This document shows, in pieces, positions 53,301 to 62,500 of a DNA stretch of 64,000 nucleotides; the first letter of the stretch is position 1, and each line of letters starts with the position of its first letter. The stretch lies in NCBI GenBank assembly GCA_965285935.1, contig OZ260666.1:64728001-64792000 (forward strand), written 5' to 3'. Both the position numbers and the translations under genes were made by a program. Origin of the DNA: Ophelia neglecta. Its lineage: Eukaryota. Below the pieces are notes generated by a model, which was not told the DNA's origin, made no database searches, and saw only the letters and a list, made by a program, of their open reading frames with translations.

Positions 53301-56267
53301 AAATGCTTTATATATGGCTATCAGCCAAGCTGATACCGTTCTTATACTATTGAAGAATTTTCACCTTCTAGAAACCATACGTCATTAATAGTAGCTTAAT
53401 ATGCACAATATTGCCGATGATATTTTCTGGAATAATCATAGAGATATATCAGATATTTTTCTCACAAACACTTATTGGAATTGATTAATTTGTCATTGTT
53501 AAATACTCTTCAACGGCGACTAAATCACGATATGCTGTGTAGTTGCCCTAACGCATCAGAAAATGTACTTAATTTACTGTTTGGTCTTTTCCCTGCCTAA
53601 TACGGTGCACAGGGAAAACCTGATTACATGATGGCTCACAAGGATTACACGAATTTTAAGAATACTTAAAAAATATTCTTACTATGGCATTAATTATAGA
53701 CCCCTCGTTCATCTACACATAGGCCAAAAATATCAGTAATTTATAAACTCTTTTTATGGGCTTAGGAAGATGATTATGCGGTAACAGCAAACCTCGTAAT
53801 TTATATGTTTGTTTGTTGCATATGAATCCAAACTCGACTTCAAAGAAAACAAATACGTGTCGTTGAAAACTGTTGTCTGCATACATAATCTTACGGCTGT
53901 AATGGAATTACACTTCTTGCCGTAGGCTTTGTAGATTTTGGGTAGATCGGTAGTTTTATGGAGAGGTGTCTTCAGTGGTAATACCTTTGTGGACGTGGGC
54001 AGCCGGAGAGCCGGGGAGTAGGCCTCCGAGGAGTGCTTAATCTGCCAAGCTCTCACGATTTATTTCCTCCCCTGAGATTGGTCCCTGACCGACCGCATTC
54101 CACTTCATTCACAATTATCATACGACTTCCTTTGCTCAGGTAATTAGTCAGGCAACAGATACGGTTTATTGGGTTTTGTCTTAACTCACGGTTATATTTA
54201 GATGTTTGAACGAGGAATTCACTATGTATGCACATTCATTTGGTAATCCCGAAGTTGAAGAATTATTAGGTGGTAGTCATTTCTTAGGGTCTTAGTGAAA
54301 AATGAGAATGAATGCATTGTACATGGTGCACATGACAATTTGTTGCAATTTGATTCGAAAGCTTATTCAAATAACATTTGGTACTGAAAACCTCCCCTTT
54401 TCTTTATTCAGGATCGTAGAATACTCCGTGTACATTGTGTCGGCTCTATCACCCTTAGATGGCAATTGCCATACCCAAATGATATACGTATGTGACAAGT
54501 GATAGTTGTTGACTATCATCAGAGGTGTAATGTTCATGAGCCATGGTTTTATACAACAATCGATACCGACAAGCCTAGTTGGAACTAGCCTTAAATGGTT
54601 TCCAAGCGTTATTGTTGCGGACGTCGCTTGTAAAGAGGGTTTCAATATCTCTTGCAGTTCTGATGCAGAAAGTTTTGTAATAACGATGATACGGTGTATT
54701 ATTTTATATTCGTTGTTATTGTGTACTGAAACTCCCGTTATATAATTCAATTTTTCACAGGATGTTCTTTTCATTTCATTGTTAATATTTAAGAAAAATG
54801 CAGGGATTTCTGATACAATTTCACAATATCAGGCTCCATTTCTCACGTGTTCTGTGAAGTGATGTGTAATTGTGTCATACAACCTAAAATGCATTGTTAT
54901 TTGTTTAATCTGTATGTTATTCCATGTTAATATAGAGAACAAGTTGCATTGATCCGTCAAAATACATTGTGCATAAATAACAATGATATCTTTTTTGTGT
55001 GTGAATTTGAAATTGAGCTTTGACCGATACATAAGAAACAGTAGGGTTAACATTTAGTGTCTGTGTAGTCGAACTATGTCATGCGTTGGCTAAACGACGA
55101 ATGCATCTAACGGGGTCTATAATGTTTAAATCATTATTTTTAAAACTTCATATAACCAAACGGGAAATCGCATGTGAATGAACTGACTACTGGCCAGAAA
55201 ACTTTTTATTGAGAACTTAGTGTCCCTCATTGTATTTTATAGTTGATATATTGATTATTTGATGAGAAGCGACGTATGAGCATATTGACAAATACTGTGG
55301 TGATAATCCACAATGCCCTCATTACGTCCTGGTCAATCACCCAGTATTCTGAGCACTTGGCTATCGATAATTCATAGCGCACCTTCATATAACAGTATGC
55401 CATTTGATAATGTGTAAATCTGCCAGGTATTGTAAGTTTGTTTTCTCGCTATGCTCACACCATTTCATGTAAAAAAGGGAAGGAATGAACATTACAATAT
55501 TTGGTGAAAACATAAATAGGAAGGTTAATGATGTTTTCCTAGAATGGGTTTATGTTTAGATCTGGAATCAGGATTTGGCACATACTAGGAAGATTTCTAT
55601 CATTTAGATAGCGCGAACGTATAATTTGGGCATCTCGAATTCGGATTTGCTTGACTGGACTGACATGGAAACCTTTATGTTGTCAAAGAGGAAAATAATT
55701 ATACAAAAAATAAGAAAAATGAGGAGCCAGTGTTTTGTGAAATGAAAGCAAACGCTGACCGCTGTTTTTTTTCTGAATGATATGTATTAATTATGAGAAC
55801 ATATATATATGTACGTACCATTACTTCTTCTGATTTACTTGTGCCATCTGGCCATTTACAAGTCCATGATCAATTAATAATCAGTAATGTGTATGGCTAT
55901 ATAATCTTGTATGATTAATAATTGTTTGTCATACAAGTATGAGCCAACAACTGAAACTTCTATGATGGTCACAATAATCAACGCTATATAATGTCTGTAG
56001 ATTTAACTACGTAGCTACGGAGTTGTGTCTGCTCACCTGAGTATCGTTCCAAATGATTTCTATTTGGTGCTCTTGCAATATCCCAGGGTTCTGGTTGACA
56101 TGATGGCGGGCAAGCTCCATAGCGTGGAGTACCCCCGGGCCTACCATCTCTGGGACCTTGTGTCCCCGCTGGGTCATAGGGATCAACCCCGCCAAGTAAA
56201 GGGGGTCTCCTCGTGTACCAATCCATGACAAACACAAAAATGCTAGCCACCAATTTGCCATTTCCAT
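7911..56267 (-). CDS. GABBR2: GABA-B receptor subunit 2-like class C GPCR, whole spliced model (exon 1a or 1b plus exons 2-21; about 1102 or 1100 aa)
   Basis: Phase-consistent GT-AG exons carry GABA-B motifs ([65 protein letters not shown]). No sushi domains and no GABA-B1-type GGW-x-GG loop, which favours subunit 2. Exon lengths sum to 3309 nt with exon 1a. Confidence 0.9.
9197..9258 (-). other. Candidate 62-nt cassette exon giving an alternative truncated C-terminus (or a poison exon)
   Basis: gtttgttag| ... |gtaggt; after phase-1 exon 20 it reads [19 protein letters not shown]. Confidence 0.35.
9749..9894 (-). CDS. GABBR2: GABBR2 exon 20 (C-tail; alternative upstream acceptor at 9928)
   Basis: ccttctcag|[48 protein letters not shown]|gttgga; 146 nt, phase 2-1. 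Confidence 0.65.
9984..10141. mobile_element. G-run MITE-like element in intron 19
   Basis: CAGGGGCGGATCTAG ... CTGTATCCTCCCCTG (12/15 inverted match) with G and C runs. Confidence 0.5.
11012..11179 (-). CDS. GABBR2: GABBR2 exon 19 (C-tail, symmetric, two PPxY motifs)
   Basis: ttcag|[12 protein letters not shown]...[18 protein letters not shown]|gtaccc (weak donor); 168 nt, phase 2-2. Confidence 0.65.
11428..11566 (-). CDS. GABBR2: GABBR2 exon 18 (C-tail)
   Basis: tacag|[17 protein letters not shown]...EDIELSSL-R|gtaata; 139 nt, phase 1-2; read-through meets TAA at once. Confidence 0.72.
11556..11661. repeat. About 47-bp tandem duplication spanning the exon 18 acceptor
   Basis: cggtaaacctgKacaaagRatacacgagacat x2 plus a partial third copy. 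Confidence 0.85.
12039..12466. repeat. 47-48-bp tandem repeat, 9 copies, in intron 17
   Basis: Unit TGAGTCACGGACATGTCACTCCGAGCCGCAGACAGATATGTTTGCGC; near-identical copies, no spacers. Confidence 0.97.
12530..12620. repeat. 45-46-bp direct duplication
   Basis: cacatctgtagtcacctctcYgttaggtcttaccaa(g)ctcttctta x2. Confidence 0.9.
12635..12779 (-). CDS. GABBR2: GABBR2 exon 17 (end of coiled coil)
   Basis: aacag|[13 protein letters not shown]...ARTEAQL-G|gtaagt; 145 nt, phase 0-1. Confidence 0.82.
13028..13183 (-). CDS. GABBR2: GABBR2 exon 16 (helix 8, start of coiled coil)
   Basis: tacag|[10 protein letters not shown]...[21 protein letters not shown]|gtcagt; 156 nt, phase 0-0. Confidence 0.9.
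13431..13582 (-). CDS. GABBR2: GABBR2 exon 15 (TM6-TM7)
   Basis: tttcag|[10 protein letters not shown]...[12 protein letters not shown]|gtaaaa; 152 nt, phase 1-0. Confidence 0.93.
14889..14961 (-). CDS. GABBR2: GABBR2 exon 14 (ICL3)
   Basis: ttctag|[25 protein letters not shown]|gtgagt; 73 nt, phase 0-1. Confidence 0.94.
15322..15432 (-). CDS. GABBR2: GABBR2 exon 13 (ECL2 and TM5)
   Basis: tttcag|[37 protein letters not shown]|gtacgg; 111 nt, phase 0-0. Confidence 0.93.
16679..16801 (-). CDS. GABBR2: GABBR2 exon 12 (TM4)
   Basis: ttgcag|[11 protein letters not shown]...[18 protein letters not shown]|gtaagc; 123 nt, phase 0-0. Confidence 0.94.
17041..17148 (-). CDS. GABBR2: GABBR2 exon 11 (TM3)
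   Basis: tttcag|[36 protein letters not shown]|gtagac; 108 nt, phase 0-0. Confidence 0.94.
17591..17723 (-). CDS. GABBR2: GABBR2 exon 10 (TM2)
   Basis: tacag|[31 protein letters not shown]...YMCA|gtaaga; 133 nt, phase 2-0. Confidence 0.93.
18511..18661 (-). CDS. GABBR2: GABBR2 exon 9 (stalk and TM1)
   Basis: tttcag|KGPPRDRT...[12 protein letters not shown]|gtcagt; 151 nt, phase 1-2. Confidence 0.93.
19096..19240 (-). CDS. GABBR2: GABBR2 exon 8
   Basis: cctag|[20 protein letters not shown]...SILWR-G|gtgggt; 145 nt, phase 0-1. Confidence 0.9.
19382..19588 (-). CDS. GABBR2: GABBR2 exon 7
   Basis: ctaag|TSVEYRKLY...[16 protein letters not shown]...[10 protein letters not shown]|gtgagt; 207 nt, phase 0-0. 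Confidence 0.92.
20107..20298 (-). CDS. GABBR2: GABBR2 exon 6
   Basis: ttctag|[24 protein letters not shown]...GTTIAGI|gtgggt; 192 nt, phase 0-0. Confidence 0.92.
21887..21952 (-). CDS. GABBR2: GABBR2 exon 5
   Basis: ttttag|[22 protein letters not shown]|gtaagt; 66 nt, phase 0-0. Confidence 0.92.
26506..26604 (-). CDS. GABBR2: GABBR2 exon 4
   Basis: tttcag|[33 protein letters not shown]|gtcaaa (weak donor); 99 nt, phase 0-0. Confidence 0.8.
26748..26930 (-). CDS. GABBR2: GABBR2 exon 3
   Basis: ccag|[61 protein letters not shown]|gtacgt; 183 nt, phase 0-0. Confidence 0.92.
27343..27480 (-). CDS. GABBR2: GABBR2 exon 2
   Basis: ttttcag|[14 protein letters not shown]...[11 protein letters not shown]|gtaaga; 138 nt, phase 0-0. 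Confidence 0.93.
27746..27935. repeat. Degenerate purine-rich minisatellite (TTCTGAAAGTGAGAGATGAAG core)
   Basis: About 7 copies, variable period. Confidence 0.85.
33133..33188. repeat. 17-bp tandem repeat x3 (GGCAATGCTAATACAAT)
   Basis: Read directly. Confidence 0.9.
34741..34912. repeat. 20-21-bp minisatellite (AATAATATTTCGTTCCCTCGA), about 8 copies
   Basis: Read directly. Confidence 0.95.
39239..39463 (-). CDS. GABBR2: GABBR2 alternative first coding exon 1b
   Basis: ACCATG start; [27 protein letters not shown]...[27 protein letters not shown]; donor CAG|gtgaga; 225 nt, phase 0. Confidence 0.85.
39490..39760 (-). promoter_or_regulatory. CpG-rich leader/promoter of exon 1b
   Basis: Sharp local GC/CpG enrichment directly upstream of the 1b ATG. 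Confidence 0.5.
42450..42580 (-). mobile_element. Possible LINE (CR1/L2-like) ORF2 C-terminal relic
   Basis: [16 protein letters not shown]...[14 protein letters not shown] loosely resembles the LYKSLVRPxLEY...DIxxLExVQR motif. Confidence 0.3.
43630..43712. repeat. (CATA)n/(CA)n compound microsatellite
   Basis: Read directly. Confidence 0.85.
44350..44875 (+). mobile_element. Decayed Penelope-like retroelement reverse-transcriptase fragment
   Basis: Ordered RT motifs with stops and frameshifts: [12 protein letters not shown]...LKLRPKELI; [28 protein letters not shown]; FKCIDD (degenerate YIDD)...IYPPFLEL; [13 protein letters not shown]. Confidence 0.75.
45719..45899. mobile_element. Tc1/mariner-type MITE
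   Basis: TA|CAGTGAAATCTTG ... CAGGTTTTACTA|TA imperfect TIRs with TA flanks; internal repeated GACCAC and inverted GGTGGTC. Confidence 0.6.
48565..48990. repeat. Purine-rich 21-bp (10+11) minisatellite GCGATGGAAGGCGGTGGAGGG, about 20 copies
   Basis: Read directly; accounts for the overlapping low-complexity ORFs. Confidence 0.9.
56037..56267 (-). CDS. GABBR2: GABBR2 alternative first coding exon 1a (signal peptide plus start of Venus flytrap)
   Basis: [31 protein letters not shown]...[27 protein letters not shown]; donor CAG|gtgagc; 231 nt, phase 0. Confidence 0.85.
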
Positions 56268-56269
56268 CA

Positions 56270-56570
56270 GAATGTTAGAAAGTGAAAGGTTTTTCGACTA
56301 AAGTCTGATGTGGTGGGTTGGCTGCAGGGCACAACTTATCAATGCCAGATTACACATACTGCCCGTAGTCAAATCTGCCCGACAATAGCACGATTATTTG
56401 CCAAGACAAATACTCAGCCACCGGCTGATCAGATCCGCACTTATCCAATGAATCCTAGCCCGTAGGGTTTGGACATAGCCACCCGAGTGGTGCAATGGCA
56501 GGGCGTCTTGTATTGGATGCGTCGCGTGCGCTCTCTTAGTAGCTGCAGCAAGCACCAATGGATTACCCTT
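56270..56570 (-). promoter_or_regulatory. Leader/promoter of exon 1a
   Basis: GC/CpG-enriched patch with CCAAT motifs; short motifs collinear with the 1b leader. Confidence 0.45.
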
Positions 56571-59500
56571 TCTAGTGAGACTATTACAATCAAATCGTAA
56601 TCTGTCACCTTACACTAAAGTTACAAGTGGCTCATTAGTCTGCGAGAGTGCTATTTCTATTTCATTAAGATGCAGTGTCAGTTGTAAATAACACCCAGCT
56701 GAAATAGGCTGTGTGGCGGCGAGACAGTTCAAAAACAAAATACAAAGTTCACAAAGGCGATGGCACATTATTGCCCACAGACGAGAGTGACGTTTACACA
56801 AGTGGTTATTGGAATAATAAACTAATAAAACACCGTGGTATTGAAATAATACACAAACACTAATATACTGCTATTGAAATAGCACAACAACAATTACTTA
56901 GTGTCATTACAATAAACAAACGAATGTGTTTTGGAATAATACACAAGAATCTGTGTGAAAGTTTTTTTGCAGGGGACGGTTGTAGTGGGATAAATCTCTT
57001 TTGTAGCTGAAGTTTCTGAATAATATATTGCCAAGGCCTACACATATAGGTTGTTGAAAATAACCAAGCGGCAATATTAGGTTTCGTTAATGTATATCAT
57101 TTTGGGCGGCATAAAGCATACTTCAGAATATTTAAGTATATACAGAGTCAAATAAATAGTGATTTCATAAAAGAAGGTAAACGTTGAAAAAGAATTGAAC
57201 GTTGCATTCAAAGCTGCGATTATTATCAAAAGTCGTCAACATACAACGGGGACATGCTTATAGTTCCAATAAAGTATGGCTATTCTGGAAGATATGTAAG
57301 AATATTTTTGTCATTAAGTTCAATTTTATTCAATTAATTGACTACCACTAACCTTCGAAGCAGTGCTTAAATTTAAAACTCAAATAAAAATCTGCCTAGT
57401 GGTAAAAAGAAACAAGCCAAACTTTCTAGGCCAAGTTATTACTGTGACGATATCAAACACCTTCAGAGAAAAGATCATTGTAAAGTTAATTACTGCTAAC
57501 TTCTAGGAACATTGTCCGTTCTCGCTTTGAAGTGCTAGAGTGGAGTGGGTCATGTACGAAACAGTGTGCTAACATAGTTCTTCAATTTCCGTTGCTTCAA
57601 ATTGGGAACAAACCGGTACACTGCCAATAATACCCTTCCCATTTCACTATTATGGCTGCTGAAGGAAAAGAAACCAACATTACTGTCATTAGAAAAAGAG
57701 TGATTATCTTTGGCCACTTAGCGGTATTGAATGTGCATTCATCCCGTGCTAAGTGAAGGGTCCAAGCAATTTACATTGAACTTGGTATGTGACTGCCATA
57801 ATAATGTTCTGTAACAGTCCTAAAATGGGAAGTTAAATCTCCCTCATTTACGCCAGGATTAGGCAAGGATTCTATTTACGTATTCAGCCAATGCAATCTT
57901 CTTTGATTCTCTTGCCAAACTGTATCTTCCAATACTTAAAATAATTTACGGTCGTCGCTATTCTTAGTTGTTTACTGATTGGTTTTTTTCTTTCGAAGTG
58001 TGCAATAATGTGCAATTCCTATTTATATTTATAAAAGAATTCACATTATACAGGCGCCAGATTTAAACAATTACTGGTGTTACCTTAATTGAAGTGGCAA
58101 GCTAAGGAAGAATACAACTCGCAAACATCTTCTTAGGGAGAGACTTCTCGAACCTGAGATGAACTTGAAAACAGTTTTTAGAAGTGTTTCGATCAACGAT
58201 CCTAATTGCCAGGGGAATATGTCTCAGATCTTACCCGATCATTCTTAGCGCTTATTTTCTGAAACTGATATTTGCTCGATAAAACTAAATGCTCATATAT
58301 CTGGCAGTCATTATTTAGGATCAACTGAGTCCGATAAATATCCGACTTAGTTCATTTGCCAGGCTGCTTTATTTGCAGCTTAATACAAGTGGAAATGCAT
58401 GTCACCTGGTAACTATAAGACACGCTCCGCTATATACCTTCCTTAATAAATAGTTGCTGTTACAACCGAAAATTGTGTCCCAAAGGTATAGACATAAAAC
58501 ACTCCTGATTAAATGAATAATGTTTTAGACTCCTAGACGACATCGGAGTTTATTTAGGAGAGTTTTTAACAAAAGAATAGGCTATCACTTGTGATTTACC
58601 AAACAACGGACTTGGCGACAAGCTAACAAGCTAGGCAAACTAATGGCCTTTACATTGTGAGGTAAAACTATAAAACGTCTTTCACGTAAGCGAAATTGTA
58701 GCTACGGCCATGTCAAGGGCTTGCCAACAGGATGCAGCCCAACATGAAATGAATATGAGAGTATCGTTTTACCTACATCCTACGAATTACAATTGCATTT
58801 GAAGTATAATGCACACATCCGCAAAAAACGGACGGTTTTAAGACATCGAATTTCCTGAAAATGTCTCTAATGGGCCTTGTTTGCATTACTCAAGAAAGAA
58901 GACTCCTGTTGCAACATTAATGGCACTCCAAATGATAAAAGGTTTGCTTCCAGCATCTCTGGGCCCTGGCCCTTCGTACCAGGCTTGTTGTTCAGTGTTT
59001 GTCCGGGAACTATATGTCCACTCACAAAACAGTCATAATACGTTATGACAGTGGTTAGGTAAAGGGACTCACTCAATCAAGGAAACTTCCGACTAGCAGA
59101 TCAAGATACACGTTTATTTACAAGGAGTATATAGTATAATCAACTATGTATATTTTCGTTCGACCAGTTATATTTGTATGCTTAGACCTTTTATACTTGG
59201 TATGTGTAACTGTATGTTGTGTGAGTTTCTTTGTACCAATATCTATTCTCTACATGAGCCTCTTCCGGACTTAGGTCCGCCTAACGTCTAGTAAATGTGT
59301 TCTAAAGCGGTAGGATTTAGATTGCTTTTACATTTTGATGGCCATAATATAAACCCTTTGCTCTCATGTATACTTAAAAGCCTAGTTCTAGTCAATACGA
59401 AACCAAATGCTCAATTGGTCAGAGTAACGAAATTAATTGTAGCTAAAAAATCCTCCCTGAAAGAAGCTTGTTGGTCTTTAATAGTTCGACTATTATGATT

Positions 59501-62500
59501 GGCGCCATTTTGACCCAGAATGGGTCCAACCCGAGGCCGTCCATTTATGGGGCAAAACGACTAGTAATACTTAAATACTAAAAACATTCGACCTTAATTG
59601 TCATGTGTTATAACACGGATCGTCTTCAGCAATAATTTTCAGTCTCGTTCTCGGAGGAGGCATGCATGACAGAAGCATCGGCAGTGCATAACAGAAATTT
59701 TATTATCTTTGCATTTTTATTACTATGATTATATAGGCCTACCTAACCGTTCTGTTTAGATTAGAAACTATTTGTTGATTCATATAATTGTATGAATTAT
59801 GTTATGGTCTATTTATCTTGCCGGAAACAGAAGTCTAGAACTCGAGTAATGCCATTTAAATGGAATTTGTTTCCATTCGAGTGTGATGGTAACCACCTAA
59901 GTAACAAGTGCGACACACCAAAATACATTTTAAGAAATACCCAGATAAGGCACAAATGGCATTTCAGATCAACATCTGGTGTAATTGTTTTTTAATCTTG
60001 CTGAGTTCCTTATTTATAATAAATAATCGAATACTGTGAACATTTCGTTTTATATTATATCAACATTTAGATGTAAAGTTCAAGTAGCAAACATGATATA
60101 TTGAACCCCTTATGATATAATCTGTCTTAGAATGGACCTATCACTCAATAGTCCCATAGTACAATAATTTACTTGGTAGGGACTGGATGGATGCTAAGGG
60201 CATTACCAGAAAGAGAATGAAAGATGGAGGTAGTAGAATAATAACCGGAACACAGTATCATTAACAGATGGAACAAGACTTTAATAGCCTATATGAAACG
60301 TACTTGCTCGCCCTATATTAGAATAAAGTTCAACTGCAATAACGAGCATCACTATCTCGTAAAGCATTCATAAAGCTATTTATTCACAAGGCAGGCTTTT
60401 GACTCTTATATATCTCTTTCACTCTGTACAATCTAGATCATTTCGCCACTGGGGTGGTAATAGCTTAAGAATTATTTTCATTATTAAGCAAGACTGCCAC
60501 CAAGGGATCTTTTTCTCTCTTCTTTTTAGGTGTATATTTTCCCCTTTGCCTAGAAATACTATATTAAGTACAGCAAGCAACAGTATACTCCCCTGGTTAT
60601 TGTTATCGACAATTCTTTAAAATGGCACATGGAATTATGGTTTAACATCTCTGAACGCTTGGTTGTGAAATGATATCATATATGTATAGAGAGAAATGAA
60701 CTTTTCCCTTACCATTTTATTTCGAAATATGTGTATATATATGCACGAGGTCTTGTATGACTTTGGTAGCTTCTTTTATGCTCATAGAAGCTGAAATATG
60801 AGCTTCTCTTGTTTAAACTGAGAATATCTCGTATCTTAAACAACAGCAGTTATGATTATAAAAAGGCAGTTTAGCCCGATGTTTTCAATTATTAAACGAA
60901 TGCCGATGGAAAAAGGATGTTTTTTATTTGCTTAAATTATTTTCTTGATATCATAGAAATGGTTTGAGTGCAGGAATTTAGGTATTTCCCTAGCATACAC
61001 TAATGACTGTTGTCCACATCGTAAATAATAACAGTTATAAAAGTATAAATTAGGATTTCGAAATCATATAGAAACTAAATGCCGATTATTTTTGCCGATT
61101 CTTGCACTTGAACATGGAAAAACACTTATGAGGTAAGAGCTATGTCAAGCCCACTTTCACACATGTCTCTTCATGACTTCTAGCGCCTTTCGCATATATA
61201 TACAAAATAAGGTCCTATGAAGGTTTGGCGGTAAGAGCTCTTATCAGCGAGATATTGAAGGGTACTAGTTAGATCGATATCATCGATCGTAGTTATTGGC
61301 ATCCATTTGATTCAACGAGTGCTACTTCCTGGAGTTTTCACCATATTGGTGAGTAACTGACCAGCGAATGAAATACCTCGCTCTGGAGCTGTCGTATTAT
61401 GGAAACTGTCAATATCTATAATAAACAACTAGTGCAAACAGTAAACCTTGTTCATCTTTCCAATTTGGGCATTGGAGTCCCAATGAGGACCTCAGAGAGG
61501 AGCCTATTAACCTTAAGGTACTTACATCTGGAATTACCACAATCAGCCATCTGCTCTGTGGTTGAAACGCTACCGCCATGGTATTGTGAAGTACATAGAA
61601 TAGTGCTATTGGTTATTCTTTGAACACAACGGCCAACGACAGATAGTTCTAAGGGTTTCCCATACTGCAAGAAGTATTACTAATTTATCTATCCAAACCT
61701 ATATCCAAGTCTTATGTTAGTAAATATACATTATTTGGATGGACTGCATAGTTTCCAAAACACACGTTTTGCATGACTGAAGAATTAAACAGCTATTTGT
61801 TCTTGCTCGAATGTCAGTAAAGTAAAATTTACAAACTGTTATAAACCAAAATTATTGATATAAAAAACCCTACAAAATCGAAAACATTGATTCCGCGAGT
61901 CATGTAGGATGTTTGAAATGTTCCATTCGTAATTTATTTCCTAAAAGAAATGGTCAAAGTAGAATCATTCTTTTGAGGAAACAGCTAATTGACATTTCAC
62001 ATAATTTGCCTTTCAATTCTTTATTTTACATTTTATAAGCCCAAGCCTAAGTTTGGGCTTATAACATTAAGCGAAAATTAAGATATTTTTTATTTGATAG
62101 GTACTAATAAGGCAGATACAACGGTTTAATATGGTGAATCTTAAATAGACAATATGGTATTAAGTAATCTTTCTTGGCTGAGGGTTGTATAGACAAATAT
62201 TGTTGTTTTCTTATATTTGTACTTGTGTTGCCTTTAATGTCGTCATATAATCCCTTGGCGTTGAAATACCAAATTATGCAATCACACTTTGGTGAGCAAA
62301 ACGCTAAGAACGTTCGCAGTGGCATAATTAATTCCCGTCTCCAATCCAGTCCCATTACCAGTGCTTAATTTGTTTAGCGTTTGGTAAAAGTGTGCACTGT
62401 CGGATGTACAATTGTTCATTATGGTTTTACCATGCTGAAAAAATGATTGACTGTGTGCCAATTAACTAAAAGATTCAGTCTAGGTCTGTAATGAGTAAGC

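Noticed and set aside
39464-56036. A second full GABA-B2 paralog downstream of exon 1a
   Set aside because: No exon-2-like or later homologous exons seen by eye or in the ORF track; a tBLASTn would be decisive.
7911-56267. Assignment as GABA-B1
   Set aside because: No sushi exons or GGW ligand loop; IKMSSP and [14 protein letters not shown] are subunit-2-type motifs. A phylogeny would confirm and exclude GABA-B3.
58867-59076. Third first-exon copy (GQGPEMLEA)
   Set aside because: Superficial resemblance only; lacks LYLAGL, the HVN block and the WNDTQ donor.
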